Part shown: positions 39,547-48,266 of the stretch, one piece after another
Layout: every line of letters starts with the position of its first letter
Numbering within the stretch: the first letter of the stretch is position 1
DNA from: a virus
Reading direction: 5' to 3' (one strand)
DNA: 64,000 nt
Virus record (IMG/VR): IMGVR_UViG_3300024255_000002
Made by a program: the position numbers and the translations under genes
Notes under the pieces: generated by a model
Database searches by the model: none
What the model was told of the DNA's origin: nothing
Seen by the model: the letters and a program-made list of their open reading frames with translations, nothing else

Positions 39547-41658
39547 ATGAAAACAAACACTATGAATATGAAAAACACTATGGAAAATAAAAGTACACTT
39601 GCTAAACTACTTGCTACTGAAAATATTGAAGTACAAGAAAATGCTACACAAACTGCTTCATTTGATGTTGTGAATAGAATATTAACTATCCCAATATTTA
39701 AAGAAGAACACAAATCAAAACATGTTTATGATATGTTGATCGGCCATGAGGTATCTCATGCTTTACATACACCATCTGAATCATGGAAATCTATGTCTGA
39801 TAGATCAAACGAATTTAGATCATTTGTTAATGTTATTGAAGATGCTAGAATTGATAAACTTATTCAAAGTAAATATCCAGGTTTAACTGTTGATTATATT
39901 GAAGGTTTTAAAAAGTTATATGCTGATAACTTCTTCGGTACTAAAGACAAAGATATTAACAAAGACTATACATTAATTGATAAAATCAATCTATGGTTTA
40001 AATCATCTAAAAAACTAGATGTTAAATTTTCATCTAAAGAAAACAAATTCGTTGAGGCAGTTGACAACTGTAAATCATTTGATGATGTTTTAAAACTTGC
40101 TGAAGAAATCTTAGGTCACTGTAAAGAAGAATTGAAAAAACAACCTGAACTGACTAAGTCATTTGAAATATCAAAAGAAAAATCTAAAGGTGATAAATCT
40201 GAAACCGAACAAGACTCTATGTCTGCTGATCAAAAATTAGATAAGTGGGTAGAAAAACAAGAGGGTGAAAGTGATGAAGAAGTTAAAAAAGAAAAAGATC
40301 AATCATTTTCAAATAATGCTGGTGGTGATTTTGAAATTAGATCATTGACTAATGAGGCATACGATAATGCTAGAAAGGATATGTCTGATGATGAACAAGA
40401 GGATAGAGTATATTCAACTCTTCCATCTGTTAATCTTAAAAATATTATCATTCCTTATTCTAAGTATATTAGAGATCATTACATACATGACTCTAAGTTA
40501 GATTCTTATGATAAGGCTTTATTGGCAGAGGCAAGAGAAGAAACTAAAAAATTTATGAAAGAATCTAGTTCGGCTGTAAATTATCTAGTTAAAGAATTTG
40601 AAATGAAAAAAAATGCTAAGTTATATGCTCGTGCTTCACAGGATAAAACAGGTATTATTGATCCTTTGAAATTACATACTTATAAATTTGCTGAAGATAT
40701 TTTCAAAAAAATTACTACTGTTCCTAATCAAAAAAATCATGGTATGATTTTATTACTTGATTGGTCTGGTTCTATGGCAAAAAACTTATTGCCAACTGTT
40801 GAACAGTTGTTAAACTTAGTTATGTTTTGTAAAAAGATTAACATACCTTTTTCAGTATATTCATTTATGAATCCTGATAAAACAGATGGTAGTAAACCTT
40901 TTAAAACTACGAAGAAAACTTTACAGGCAGATCAAACTACAAGATTAGTACAGTTATTCTCACATAAACAAAGTAAAACTGATTTTACTAGAGTATGTGA
41001 ATTGTTACACCGATCTGCTAAGTATTTTTCTGGATACAGATCATATAACAACCGTGATAGAGTACCATCTATTCCACATGAATATTACCTATCATCAACT
41101 CCTCTAAACGAGTCGTTAGTTGCTATGGATACAATCATTAAAAAGTTTAAGAATGATTATAAAGTAGAAAAACTTGCTCTTGTTACACTTACAGATGGTG
41201 CTTCTAATTCACTTAGAGGTAATGGTGATGGTATATATGGTAAAACTTATCTTAAATTGCATAACAAATATGTTCCTGTAACTGATTATAGTAGAGACAA
41301 AGAATGTATAACCAATGTTTTGATTAGTTACTTAAAGAAAAAATATGATTTACAAACTGTTGGTTTCTTTTTGGCAGATAAGTTTAGAGAGTTACAGTGG
41401 AACTTGCCATTAAATCTTAACTATAAACAAACTGAAACATTTAAAAAAATGTTTATTAAAGATAAATTTGTGCCAGACTATACAACTGCTTATGATGTTT
41501 ATTTTTATGTTAAGGCAGATACTAGAGTTGAAAATACCGATATGTCTGATGTTGAGACAACTAATAAGAGAACATTGAAAAAAATGTTTATGTCTGGTAT
41601 GAAAAAAAGATTGACGAGTCGAATCTTATTACAGAATTTTATAAAGAGAATCGCTTAA
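39547..41658 (+). CDS. 'CobT-like' HExxH metallopeptidase-like + VWA domain protein
   Basis: HEVSH; 'NVIEDARI'; MIDAS DWSGS, STPL, LTDG. Confidence 0.85.
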   Translation: MKTNTMNMKNTMENKSTLAKLLATENIEVQENATQTASFDVVNRILTIPIFKEEHKSKHVYDMLIGHEVSHALHTPSESWKSMSDRSNEFRSFVNVIEDARIDKLIQSKYPGLTVDYIEGFKKLYADNFFGTKDKDINKDYTLIDKINLWFKSSKKLDVKFSSKENKFVEAVDNCKSFDDVLKLAEEILGHCKEELKKQPELTKSFEISKEKSKGDKSETEQDSMSADQKLDKWVEKQEGESDEEVKKEKDQSFSNNAGGDFEIRSLTNEAYDNARKDMSDDEQEDRVYSTLPSVNLKNIIIPYSKYIRDHYIHDSKLDSYDKALLAEAREETKKFMKESSSAVNYLVKEFEMKKNAKLYARASQDKTGIIDPLKLHTYKFAEDIFKKITTVPNQKNHGMILLLDWSGSMAKNLLPTVEQLLNLVMFCKKINIPFSVYSFMNPDKTDGSKPFKTTKKTLQADQTTRLVQLFSHKQSKTDFTRVCELLHRSAKYFSGYRSYNNRDRVPSIPHEYYLSSTPLNESLVAMDTIIKKFKNDYKVEKLALVTLTDGASNSLRGNGDGIYGKTYLKLHNKYVPVTDYSRDKECITNVLISYLKKKYDLQTVGFFLADKFRELQWNLPLNLNYKQTETFKKMFIKDKFVPDYTTAYDVYFYVKADTRVENTDMSDVETTNKRTLKKMFMSGMKKRLTSRILLQNFIKRIA

Positions 41659-41709
41659 AAAACATGAGTGTTGCAAATATGTCACACTATTTATTAAGTA
41701 TATCAATAT

Positions 41710-41749
41710 AAAATAAGTGCTTGACTTTCATATGATTTTATGATAGGAT
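41710..41749 (+). promoter_or_regulatory. early sigma70 promoter of the cobS-like gene
   Basis: aaataagtgc-TTGACT(41721-26)-17-TAGGAT with extended TG. Confidence 0.7.
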
Positions 41750-41788
41750 AGCACTATAAACAAATAAAAAAAAATAGGAAAAAACACT

Positions 41789-43021
41789 ATGAAAAATGTT
41801 GAACTAAATGATAAACAAAAAACAGTAATTGACGTTTTATATAAAACATATAAATCTGATACTGTTACAAGGGCTCAAATTAATGACCTTGTAAAATCTA
41901 AAAAGATTTCAAATCCATCGTGGTTAAAATCTGATACTTACAAAGTTGGTAGAGGTGTCTATAAATTACCTTTATCTAATGACGGCAAAGAATTTGCTGA
42001 ACCAACATGTCAAGGTTCTATGGAACATCATGTAAAGAGTAAAAAGGTTGAATCTAAACCTGATACTAAGGCTGCTTACATTGTTAGCTCCCTAACAGAC
42101 AATGTAGTTCCTCAAAAAGATAATGACTTTGTTACCTTTGGTAACTTTGGTGATGTAAAAAACATTATCAAATCTAAAAAGTTTTATCCAGTATTCATTA
42201 CAGGATTATCTGGTAATGGTAAAACACTTGCTGTAACACAGGCATGTGCTGAGGCAAAACGTGAAATGATCAGAGTCAATATTACTATTGAAACTGATGA
42301 GGATGATTTACTTGGTGGATACAGACTAAGAGACGGTGCAACTGTTTGGCAAAATGGTCCTGTTATTGAGGCAATGGAAAGAGGTGCTGTTTTATTATTA
42401 GATGAAATCGACCTTGCTTCAAATAAGATTATGTGTTTACAACCAATCTTAGAAGGTTCTGGTGTCTATGTTAAAAAGATTAACAAGTTTGTTAAACCTA
42501 AACTTGGTTTCAATGTTCTTGCAACTGCTAACACTAAAGGTCAAGGTAGTGATGATGGTAAATTCATCGGTACTAATGTTCTTAACGAGGCATTCCTTGA
42601 GAGATTTCCAGTTACATTTGAACAACAATATCCTTCTGCTAAAATAGAAGAAAAAATTGTATCAAACAAACTAAAATCATTTGGTAAATCTGATGACAAG
42701 TTTGCTCATAACTTAGTTACTTGGGCAGATGTTATTAGAAAAACATATACCGATGGTGGTGTTGATGAAATTATATCAACTAGAAGACTAGTACATATTG
42801 CTGAGGCATATGGCATCTTTAGAAATAAGATGAAGGCTATTTCAGTATGTACAAATAGATTCAATGATGATACTAAAAAATCATTTGTTGATTTATATTC
42901 AAAAGTTGATAGTGGCGTTTCTGCTGAACAGATCATGGATGATCAAAAGAAGGCTGAAGACGCTGCTATATTACAAGATTCCAACGATAGTGAGGATGGC
43001 GAAGAGGACATAACTGTCTAA
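41789..43021 (+). CDS. cobS: 'CobS-like' MoxR-family AAA+ ATPase
   Basis: GLSGNGKT, LLLDEID, ATANTKG, LNEAFLERF, ISTRRL. Confidence 0.88.
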   Translation: MKNVELNDKQKTVIDVLYKTYKSDTVTRAQINDLVKSKKISNPSWLKSDTYKVGRGVYKLPLSNDGKEFAEPTCQGSMEHHVKSKKVESKPDTKAAYIVSSLTDNVVPQKDNDFVTFGNFGDVKNIIKSKKFYPVFITGLSGNGKTLAVTQACAEAKREMIRVNITIETDEDDLLGGYRLRDGATVWQNGPVIEAMERGAVLLLDEIDLASNKIMCLQPILEGSGVYVKKINKFVKPKLGFNVLATANTKGQGSDDGKFIGTNVLNEAFLERFPVTFEQQYPSAKIEEKIVSNKLKSFGKSDDKFAHNLVTWADVIRKTYTDGGVDEIISTRRLVHIAEAYGIFRNKMKAISVCTNRFNDDTKKSFVDLYSKVDSGVSAEQIMDDQKKAEDAAILQDSNDSEDGEEDITV

Positions 43022-43045
43022 TCAGTAACCAAAAATCTATCATTC

Positions 43046-43099
43046 ATAGTGTAAGTCCACCTGTGGAGTTCAACGCTCCACAGGTTTTAATTACACTAT
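43046..43099 (+). terminator. long two-tier hairpin / terminator after cobS
   Basis: Inner acctgtggag/ctccacaggt (10 bp) plus ttt; outer atagtgtaa/ttacactat (9 bp). Confidence 0.65.
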
Positions 43100-43115
43100 A
43101 ACAAAAGGAATAAAT

Positions 43116-43277
43116 ATGAAGGACAATAGAGATAAACATTTTTATATATCAATGACCAAAAGTATGTTAAGATTTGGTGGTTGTTATGGGTTATTTTTAA
43201 CCGAAGATAAATTATTAATGGGCGTTGCAATTATATTTGCTCTTGCTGAAGTATTAGGAATTGCTGAGGAGTTTTAA
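43116..43277 (+). CDS. small membrane protein (53 aa, absent from ORF track)
   Basis: SD aagga; MKDNRDKHFYISMTKSMLRFGGCYGLFLTEDKLLMGVAIIFALAEVLGIAEEF*; stop abuts next ATG. Confidence 0.65.
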   Translation: MKDNRDKHFYISMTKSMLRFGGCYGLFLTEDKLLMGVAIIFALAEVLGIAEEF

Positions 43278-43589
43278 ATGGGAATATACGACTATGACAG
43301 ATACGCTAAACCTAAAATGACACAGGAAGAGCGTGACGAGAAGATGAAAAAGTTTTTAGAAAAAGGTGGTAAGATTCAAAAACTTAGACCAGGTGCTGCC
43401 TATAACTTAGGTTCAGTAGAGAAATCTAATCTACCTCATTATACAAATGAAGATATTAAAAAGGGTGTTACTGGTAAGACACCTATGCCGGATTATGATA
43501 ATCATAAACCAAATACATACCACGATTTTGATTTAGGTGGAGACAACAAACCAGTGTTTCATCCTAACTCATTAAAAACAAACAAATAA
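43278..43589 (+). CDS. hypothetical protein
   Basis: SD gagga; 'FLEKGGKIQKL.PG' motif. Confidence 0.7.
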   Translation: MGIYDYDRYAKPKMTQEERDEKMKKFLEKGGKIQKLRPGAAYNLGSVEKSNLPHYTNEDIKKGVTGKTPMPDYDNHKPNTYHDFDLGGDNKPVFHPNSLKTNK

Positions 43590-43601
43590 TAGGAGAATAA
43601 G

Positions 43602-43844
43602 TTGAGTATAAATGTTGAAGTAAGAGGCGGAAACTTAGAGAAGGCTCTAAGAGTTCTAAAACGTAAAGTTCAAAAAGAAGGTATAGTAAATACACTAAGA
43701 GATAAACAGTATTTCCAAAAACCATCAGAAAAAAAACGAGTAAAAGCAAAAGAACGTGCTAAAGTTTTAAAAAAAAAACAACATCAAAATGATGAAATGC
43801 TCGGATATCGTATGGTTAAGGGTGTTAAGGTAAGAAAAATTTAA
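43602..43844 (+). CDS. rpsU: 30S ribosomal protein bS21 (TTG start)
   Basis: 'V.VR.GNLEKALRVLKRK.QKEGI....R..QYF.KPSEK.R'; SD aggaga. Confidence 0.9.
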   Translation: MSINVEVRGGNLEKALRVLKRKVQKEGIVNTLRDKQYFQKPSEKKRVKAKERAKVLKKKQHQNDEMLGYRMVKGVKVRKI

Positions 43845-43883
43845 AGAATTTCTACGCCGTTTGTGTTTTGTATATATATTATT

Positions 43884-43996
43884 ACTACAAGGCGGTCCAT
43901 AAGTCCTTGTAGAGGTGTAGGAAAAGGTGCTTAGGCACCTTGAAAATCGGTGATGTTTGCCAGTTTAACTCCGTGAAAAAATGAAACTGGCGATTT
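43884..43996 (+). ncRNA. candidate structured non-coding RNA (three hairpins)
   Basis: ctacaagg/ccttgtag, aaggtgc/gcacctt, gccagttt/aaactggc; locally GC-rich; TATATATA 5 nt upstream. Confidence 0.4.
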
Positions 43997-45085
43997 ACCC
44001 ATATTAAAGTTTTGTTACAATCGGTTTTTCTATGCTAAATACTTATGATAGTTTTAAACTATCAATCTCTAAAGTAAAACACAGGAAACCTAAATGAGAA
44101 AATTATTATTCAGTTTAATTATGATTTTGATGACAACTACATTATATGCAAGGGATCAAATATCAATTGTTGGTTCTTCAACCGTATATCCATTTTCAAC
44201 CGTAGTAGCAGAAAAAGTTGGTAAACAAGGCATTAAAACGCCTGTAATTGAATCAACTGGTACTGGTGGTGGTATGAAATTGTTTTGTAAAGGTATCGGT
44301 GTCAATACACCTGATATGACAAATGCTAGTCGTGCCATTAAAACAAAAGAAAGAGATATGTGTTTTAACAATGGTGTTACAGACATATCACAAGTCATTA
44401 TTGGTTTAGATGGTATTGCAATTATTCATAGTGCAAGTAACAATACAGTAAACTTTACAGTAGAACAATTATGGCAGGCCTTATCAGTAAAAGGTTCTTT
44501 ACCTGAAAAATGGTCTGACATAGATTCAAGTTTACCCAATGTTAAAATTGGTGTACTTGTTCCACCACCAACTTCAGGTACAAGGGATGCTTTTAATGAA
44601 TTAGTAATGGCAAAAGGCTGTGCTAAAGAAGTTAAAGAGGCAAACAAAAAAGATTGTACTTTATTAAGAGAAGATGGTGCCGCTATTGAAGCCGGTGAAA
44701 ATGATACTTTGATTATTAACAAGATTGTGACCGAACCTAATAACTTTGGTATATTAGGTTATTCTTACTATGACGCAAATAAAGACAAAGTAAGAGCAGT
44801 TACAATTAATGGTAAGTCAATATCAAAACAATCTATACAAGATGGTTCTTATCCAATAAGTCGACCATTATACTTTTATGTAAAAAATCAACACAAAGGT
44901 GTCATACCTGGTATTGATGAATACATTAAAGAGTTTACTTCAAAAAGAGCAATTAGTAATAGAGGTTACTTAACTGATTTAGGTTTAGTGCCTTTGGCTA
45001 ATCCACAAGAAGCAATTACACAAGTAAAATAAAATAAAAACCTCGAGGTTTGCCAGTTTAACTCCGTGAAAAAATGAAACTGGCG
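43955..45085 (+). repeat. 38-bp identical direct repeats flanking pstS (43955-43992, 45048-45085)
   Basis: gtttgccagtttaactccgtgaaaaaatgaaactggcg at both sites. Confidence 0.95.
44094..45032 (+). CDS. pstS: phosphate ABC transporter periplasmic binding protein
   Basis: Signal peptide; 'GSSTVYPF', 'STGTGGG.K.FC.G', 'NASR', 'PP..SGTRD.F', 'YP.SRPL'. Confidence 0.93.
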   Translation: MRKLLFSLIMILMTTTLYARDQISIVGSSTVYPFSTVVAEKVGKQGIKTPVIESTGTGGGMKLFCKGIGVNTPDMTNASRAIKTKERDMCFNNGVTDISQVIIGLDGIAIIHSASNNTVNFTVEQLWQALSVKGSLPEKWSDIDSSLPNVKIGVLVPPPTSGTRDAFNELVMAKGCAKEVKEANKKDCTLLREDGAAIEAGENDTLIINKIVTEPNNFGILGYSYYDANKDKVRAVTINGKSISKQSIQDGSYPISRPLYFYVKNQHKGVIPGIDEYIKEFTSKRAISNRGYLTDLGLVPLANPQEAITQVK

Positions 45086-45142
45086 CTTGAAATTATATAA
45101 ATAATTATTATATAATAATAGACAACGCCTTATAGGGTTGTC
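45086..45142 (+). promoter_or_regulatory. hsp20 promoter region and leader hairpin
   Basis: CTTGAAA...TATAAT (45111-16) with an internal TATAAATA at 45096; gacaac...gttgtc hairpin at 45121-42. Confidence 0.5.
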
Positions 45143-45175
45143 GAAAATAAACTTTGCTTAACAAAAGGAGGTTAT

Positions 45176-45628
45176 ATGACCAATACAAAAGCACTATCTA
45201 TTTTCAATCAATTAAGACCATTATCAGTAGGATTTGACGACATGTTCGATCATTTCGAATCTATGTTTGACCACCCTACGGTTAATTATCCACCATACAA
45301 TCTAGTTAAGACAGGTACTCATAAATTCGATATTGAGCTCGCTCTTGCAGGTTTCAATAAAAAAGATATTGAAATCACTAGTGAGAACAATATATTAACT
45401 ATCGAATCAAAAGTTAAATCTGTTGTTGACGATTCAGTAGGTGTTGATAAACCAAAAGATCAGGCAATGATTCATAAAGGTATTTCAAAAAGATACTTTA
45501 AAAGATCGTTCACTATTGCTGATGATGTTGAAGTTAAAGGTGCCGAGTTAAAAGACGGCCTGTTAAAAGTATCAATGGAGAAAATTATTCCAGATGCTAA
45601 AAAACTAAAAACCATTAACATTAAATAA
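45176..45628 (+). CDS. hsp20: small heat-shock protein (Hsp20/IbpA)
   Basis: 'NYPPYNL', 'ELALAGF', 'HKGIS.R.F.RSF', 'A.LKDGLL'. Confidence 0.95.
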   Translation: MTNTKALSIFNQLRPLSVGFDDMFDHFESMFDHPTVNYPPYNLVKTGTHKFDIELALAGFNKKDIEITSENNILTIESKVKSVVDDSVGVDKPKDQAMIHKGISKRYFKRSFTIADDVEVKGAELKDGLLKVSMEKIIPDAKKLKTINIK

Positions 45629-45638
45629 AAACCTAGAT

Positions 45639-45660
45639 AGGGCGGCCATTTGGCCGCTCT
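45639..45660 (+). terminator. GC-rich hairpin after hsp20
   Basis: agggcggcca-tt-tggccgctct. Confidence 0.55.
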
Positions 45661-45679
45661 ACACAACAATGTTGAGTTG

Positions 45680-45708
45680 TTGACAAAATTCAAATTTTAG
45701 TGTATAAT
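45680..45708 (+). promoter_or_regulatory. consensus sigma70 promoter for rubrerythrin
   Basis: TTGACA-17-TATAAT. Confidence 0.8.
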
Positions 45709-45743
45709 AATAAACAACTATTCTACAATAGGAGAAATAAATT

Positions 45744-46169
45744 ATGAGTGATTTAAAAGACACAAAAACAGCACAAAATTTAAGAGCTGCTTTTCAAGGC
45801 GAAAGTGAGGCAAATAGAAGATACCTTTACTTTGCACAAAAGGCAGATATTGAAGGTGCGAATGAGGTTGCTTCTGTATTCAGATCAACCGCTGAAGGTG
45901 AAACTGGCCATGCTCATGGTCATTTAGAATACCTTGAAGAAGTTGGCGATCCTGCAACAGGAGAACCAATGGGTAACACAGAGCAAAATCTTCAATCAGC
46001 AATCAAAGGTGAAATACACGAATACACAGATATGTATCCAGGTATGGCTAGAACTGCTAGAGAAGAAGGTTTTGATGAAATTGCAGATTGGTTTGAGACA
46101 CTTGCAAAAGCAGAAAAATCTCATGCTGGTAAATTTCAAAAAACATTAGACGCCTACAAAGGTGAATAG
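45744..46169 (+). CDS. rubrerythrin (short diiron ferritin-like form)
   Basis: 'GES.ANRRY..FA..AD.EG', E..HA twice, 'EY.DMYP..A..AREEG'. Confidence 0.92.
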   Translation: MSDLKDTKTAQNLRAAFQGESEANRRYLYFAQKADIEGANEVASVFRSTAEGETGHAHGHLEYLEEVGDPATGEPMGNTEQNLQSAIKGEIHEYTDMYPGMARTAREEGFDEIADWFETLAKAEKSHAGKFQKTLDAYKGE

Positions 46170-46173
46170 TTAT

Positions 46174-46224
46174 ATGGGTGGCACTTTGTCACCCATTGAC
46201 AAATTAAAAAAAATGTGATATAAT
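46174..46224 (+). promoter_or_regulatory. hairpin followed by sigma70 promoter (leaderless start at 46231)
   Basis: atgggtg...cacccat; TTGACA 46196-201, 17 nt, TATAAT 46219-24. Confidence 0.75.
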
Positions 46225-46230
46225 AATATT

Positions 46231-46494
46231 ATGAAATTCAGTGAAGATAAAATTTTAAAAGAAGTCCAAGACTATATTAAATCAACATACGGTCAACATT
46301 ACTCATCTGGTAAAGAGGGTATTCAGACATTAGATTTATTAAAGTCTATTGGAATTAAAAGTGATTTTTGTTTAGGTAACGCTATAAAATATCTTAGTCG
46401 TTATGGCAAAAAAAATGGTAAAAATCGTAAAGACTTGCTTAAGGCAATTCATTACGTTGTGCTATTATTAAATAATGAAGGAGAAAATAAATAA
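46231..46494 (+). CDS. DUF3310-like protein
   Basis: 'HY', 'FC.GNAIKYL.RYGKKNG....DL.KA.HY'. Confidence 0.7.
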   Translation: MKFSEDKILKEVQDYIKSTYGQHYSSGKEGIQTLDLLKSIGIKSDFCLGNAIKYLSRYGKKNGKNRKDLLKAIHYVVLLLNNEGENK

Positions 46495-47159
46495 TGAAAA
46501 TAAGTGATAATACAGTTAGTATCTTAAAAAACTTTTCAGATATTAATAACAATATACTGTTCAAACCAGGTAACAGTATTTCAACAATGTCAACTATGAA
46601 AAACATCATGGCAAAAGCAGATGTTGAGGAAGAGTTCGAACAAGAATTTGGCGTATATGATTTGCCAGAATTTCTAAGAGCAATCGACTCATTCAAAAAA
46701 CCAGTTCTTAAATTTAACGGTGCTGCTAATCTAAAAATAAATGATGAAGGTACTTCTTTGTCAGCTAGATATGCATTTGCTGATAAATCAACTTTGGTTA
46801 CACCACAAAAAGAAATTAACATGCCAGACAAAACAGTATCGTTCACTTTAAAAGATAGTGACTACGAATCTGTAAAAAGATTATATACTAATCTAAGTCT
46901 ACCTGATATTGCTTTTATAGGTGAAAAAGGTAAAATCAAACTAGTTGCGTTAGATAAAAAGAACAATAACTCAAATGAATCATCAATTACAGTTGGTGAA
47001 TCAGATGTTGACTTTACTGCTTACATCAAGGCAGAGAATATGAAAATTATTCCTGGTGAATATGATGTTGCATTATCGAAGGCTAAGATTGCACATTTCA
47101 TAAACAAAAAGGTAAAAGTCCAATATTGGATTGCATTAGAAGCAGACTCAACATTTTAA
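46494..47159 (+). CDS. gp45: sliding clamp gp45
   Basis: 'MK.S..T...LKNFS.IN', 'FG.YDL.EFL', 'YWIALE'. Confidence 0.93.
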   Translation: MKISDNTVSILKNFSDINNNILFKPGNSISTMSTMKNIMAKADVEEEFEQEFGVYDLPEFLRAIDSFKKPVLKFNGAANLKINDEGTSLSARYAFADKSTLVTPQKEINMPDKTVSFTLKDSDYESVKRLYTNLSLPDIAFIGEKGKIKLVALDKKNNNSNESSITVGESDVDFTAYIKAENMKIIPGEYDVALSKAKIAHFINKKVKVQYWIALEADSTF

Positions 47160-47169
47160 GGAGGTCTAA

Positions 47170-48114
47170 ATGTCAGATTTCCTATGGGTGGAAAAGTATC
47201 GTCCGAAGCAAATATCGGATTGTATTTTAAGTGAGGACTTAAAAAATACCTTTACAAAGTTCTTAGACAATAAAGAATTACCAAATCTTCTCCTTTCAGG
47301 CACAGCGGGTACGGGCAAGACAACAGTTGCTCGTGCCTTATGTGAAGAATTAGGTTGTGATTATATCATAATCAATGGTTCAGATGAGGGTAGGCATATT
47401 GATACACTAAGAACCACAATTAAAAACTTTGCATCCACAGTATCTTTAGACGATACAAAAAATCATAAAGTTGTAATAATTGACGAGGCGGATTATATGA
47501 ATCCTGACTCAGTTCAACCTGCATTAAGAAACTTTATGGAATCGTTTCATAAGAATTGTAGATTTATTTTTACTTGTAACTTTAAAAACAAAATCATACC
47601 TGCGTTACATAGTCGTTGCACAGTTATTGATTTTCGTATTACAAATGGTCAAAAAGTAAAAACAGCACAGGCATTGCTTAAAAGACTTGGTAATATACTT
47701 GACGATGAAAGTATCGAGTATGATAAACGAGTACTTGCTGAGTTGATACAAAGACACTATCCAGACTTTAGAAGAACAATCAATGAATTACAAAGATATT
47801 CTGTAAGAGGTAAGATTGATAGTGGCATACTTGTATCATTGTCTGAAATTAACAATAAAGAGTTAGTGAAGATGTTAAAAGAAAAACGATTTACCGATAT
47901 GAGAAAATGGGTTATTCAAAACCTAGATCAGGATCCGTCTTCTTTGTTTACAAGTATCTATGATATTCTTTACAAATCATTACATCCACAATCGATACCA
48001 GCTGCTGTATTAACAATTGCTGACTATCAATATAAATCTGCTTTTGTGGCAGACCATGAGATCAATATGGTCGCATGTTTAACCCAAATTATGGCCGAGT
48101 GTAAGTTCAAATAA
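47170..48114 (+). CDS. gp44: clamp loader large subunit gp44
   Basis: LWVEKYRP, GTAGTGKT, IIDEAD, LHSRC. Confidence 0.96.
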   Translation: MSDFLWVEKYRPKQISDCILSEDLKNTFTKFLDNKELPNLLLSGTAGTGKTTVARALCEELGCDYIIINGSDEGRHIDTLRTTIKNFASTVSLDDTKNHKVVIIDEADYMNPDSVQPALRNFMESFHKNCRFIFTCNFKNKIIPALHSRCTVIDFRITNGQKVKTAQALLKRLGNILDDESIEYDKRVLAELIQRHYPDFRRTINELQRYSVRGKIDSGILVSLSEINNKELVKMLKEKRFTDMRKWVIQNLDQDPSSLFTSIYDILYKSLHPQSIPAAVLTIADYQYKSAFVADHEINMVACLTQIMAECKFK

Positions 48115-48122
48115 AACTCAAA

Positions 48123-48266
48123 ATGACTAGTAAGAAAAAGCACAATCCATTCGCTCGTGAATTAAGACAAACTAAATACAAACAAAGAGTTGTAAAACCT
48201 AAAAAAGGTAAACGTTCTTTCAAAAGAAAAACAAAAGAAGATGAAGATTGGAGCGGAATAGTATAA
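48123..48266 (+). CDS. ArfA-like alternative ribosome-rescue factor (47 aa, absent from ORF track)
   Basis: MTSKKKHNPFARELRQTKYKQRVVKPKKGKRSFKRKTKEDEDWSGIV*; matches the ArfA core QRVxKxKKGKxSxxRK. Confidence 0.6.
   Translation: MTSKKKHNPFARELRQTKYKQRVVKPKKGKRSFKRKTKEDEDWSGIV

Noticed and set aside
39547-43021. cobS/cobT as cobalamin-biosynthesis genes
   Set aside because: The motifs are those of a generic MoxR AAA+ / VWA pair common in T4-like phages; there is no cobN or other cob gene in the window.
43955-45085. 38-bp repeats as a CRISPR array or IS ends
   Set aside because: Only two copies, 1.1 kb apart, with no spacers, cas gene, transposase or integrase in the window.
45086-45113. Definite sigma32 (RpoH) promoter for hsp20
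   Set aside because: CTTGAAA fits, but the -10 is also explained by sigma70 TATAAT and a late box in very AT-rich DNA, so it cannot be assigned.
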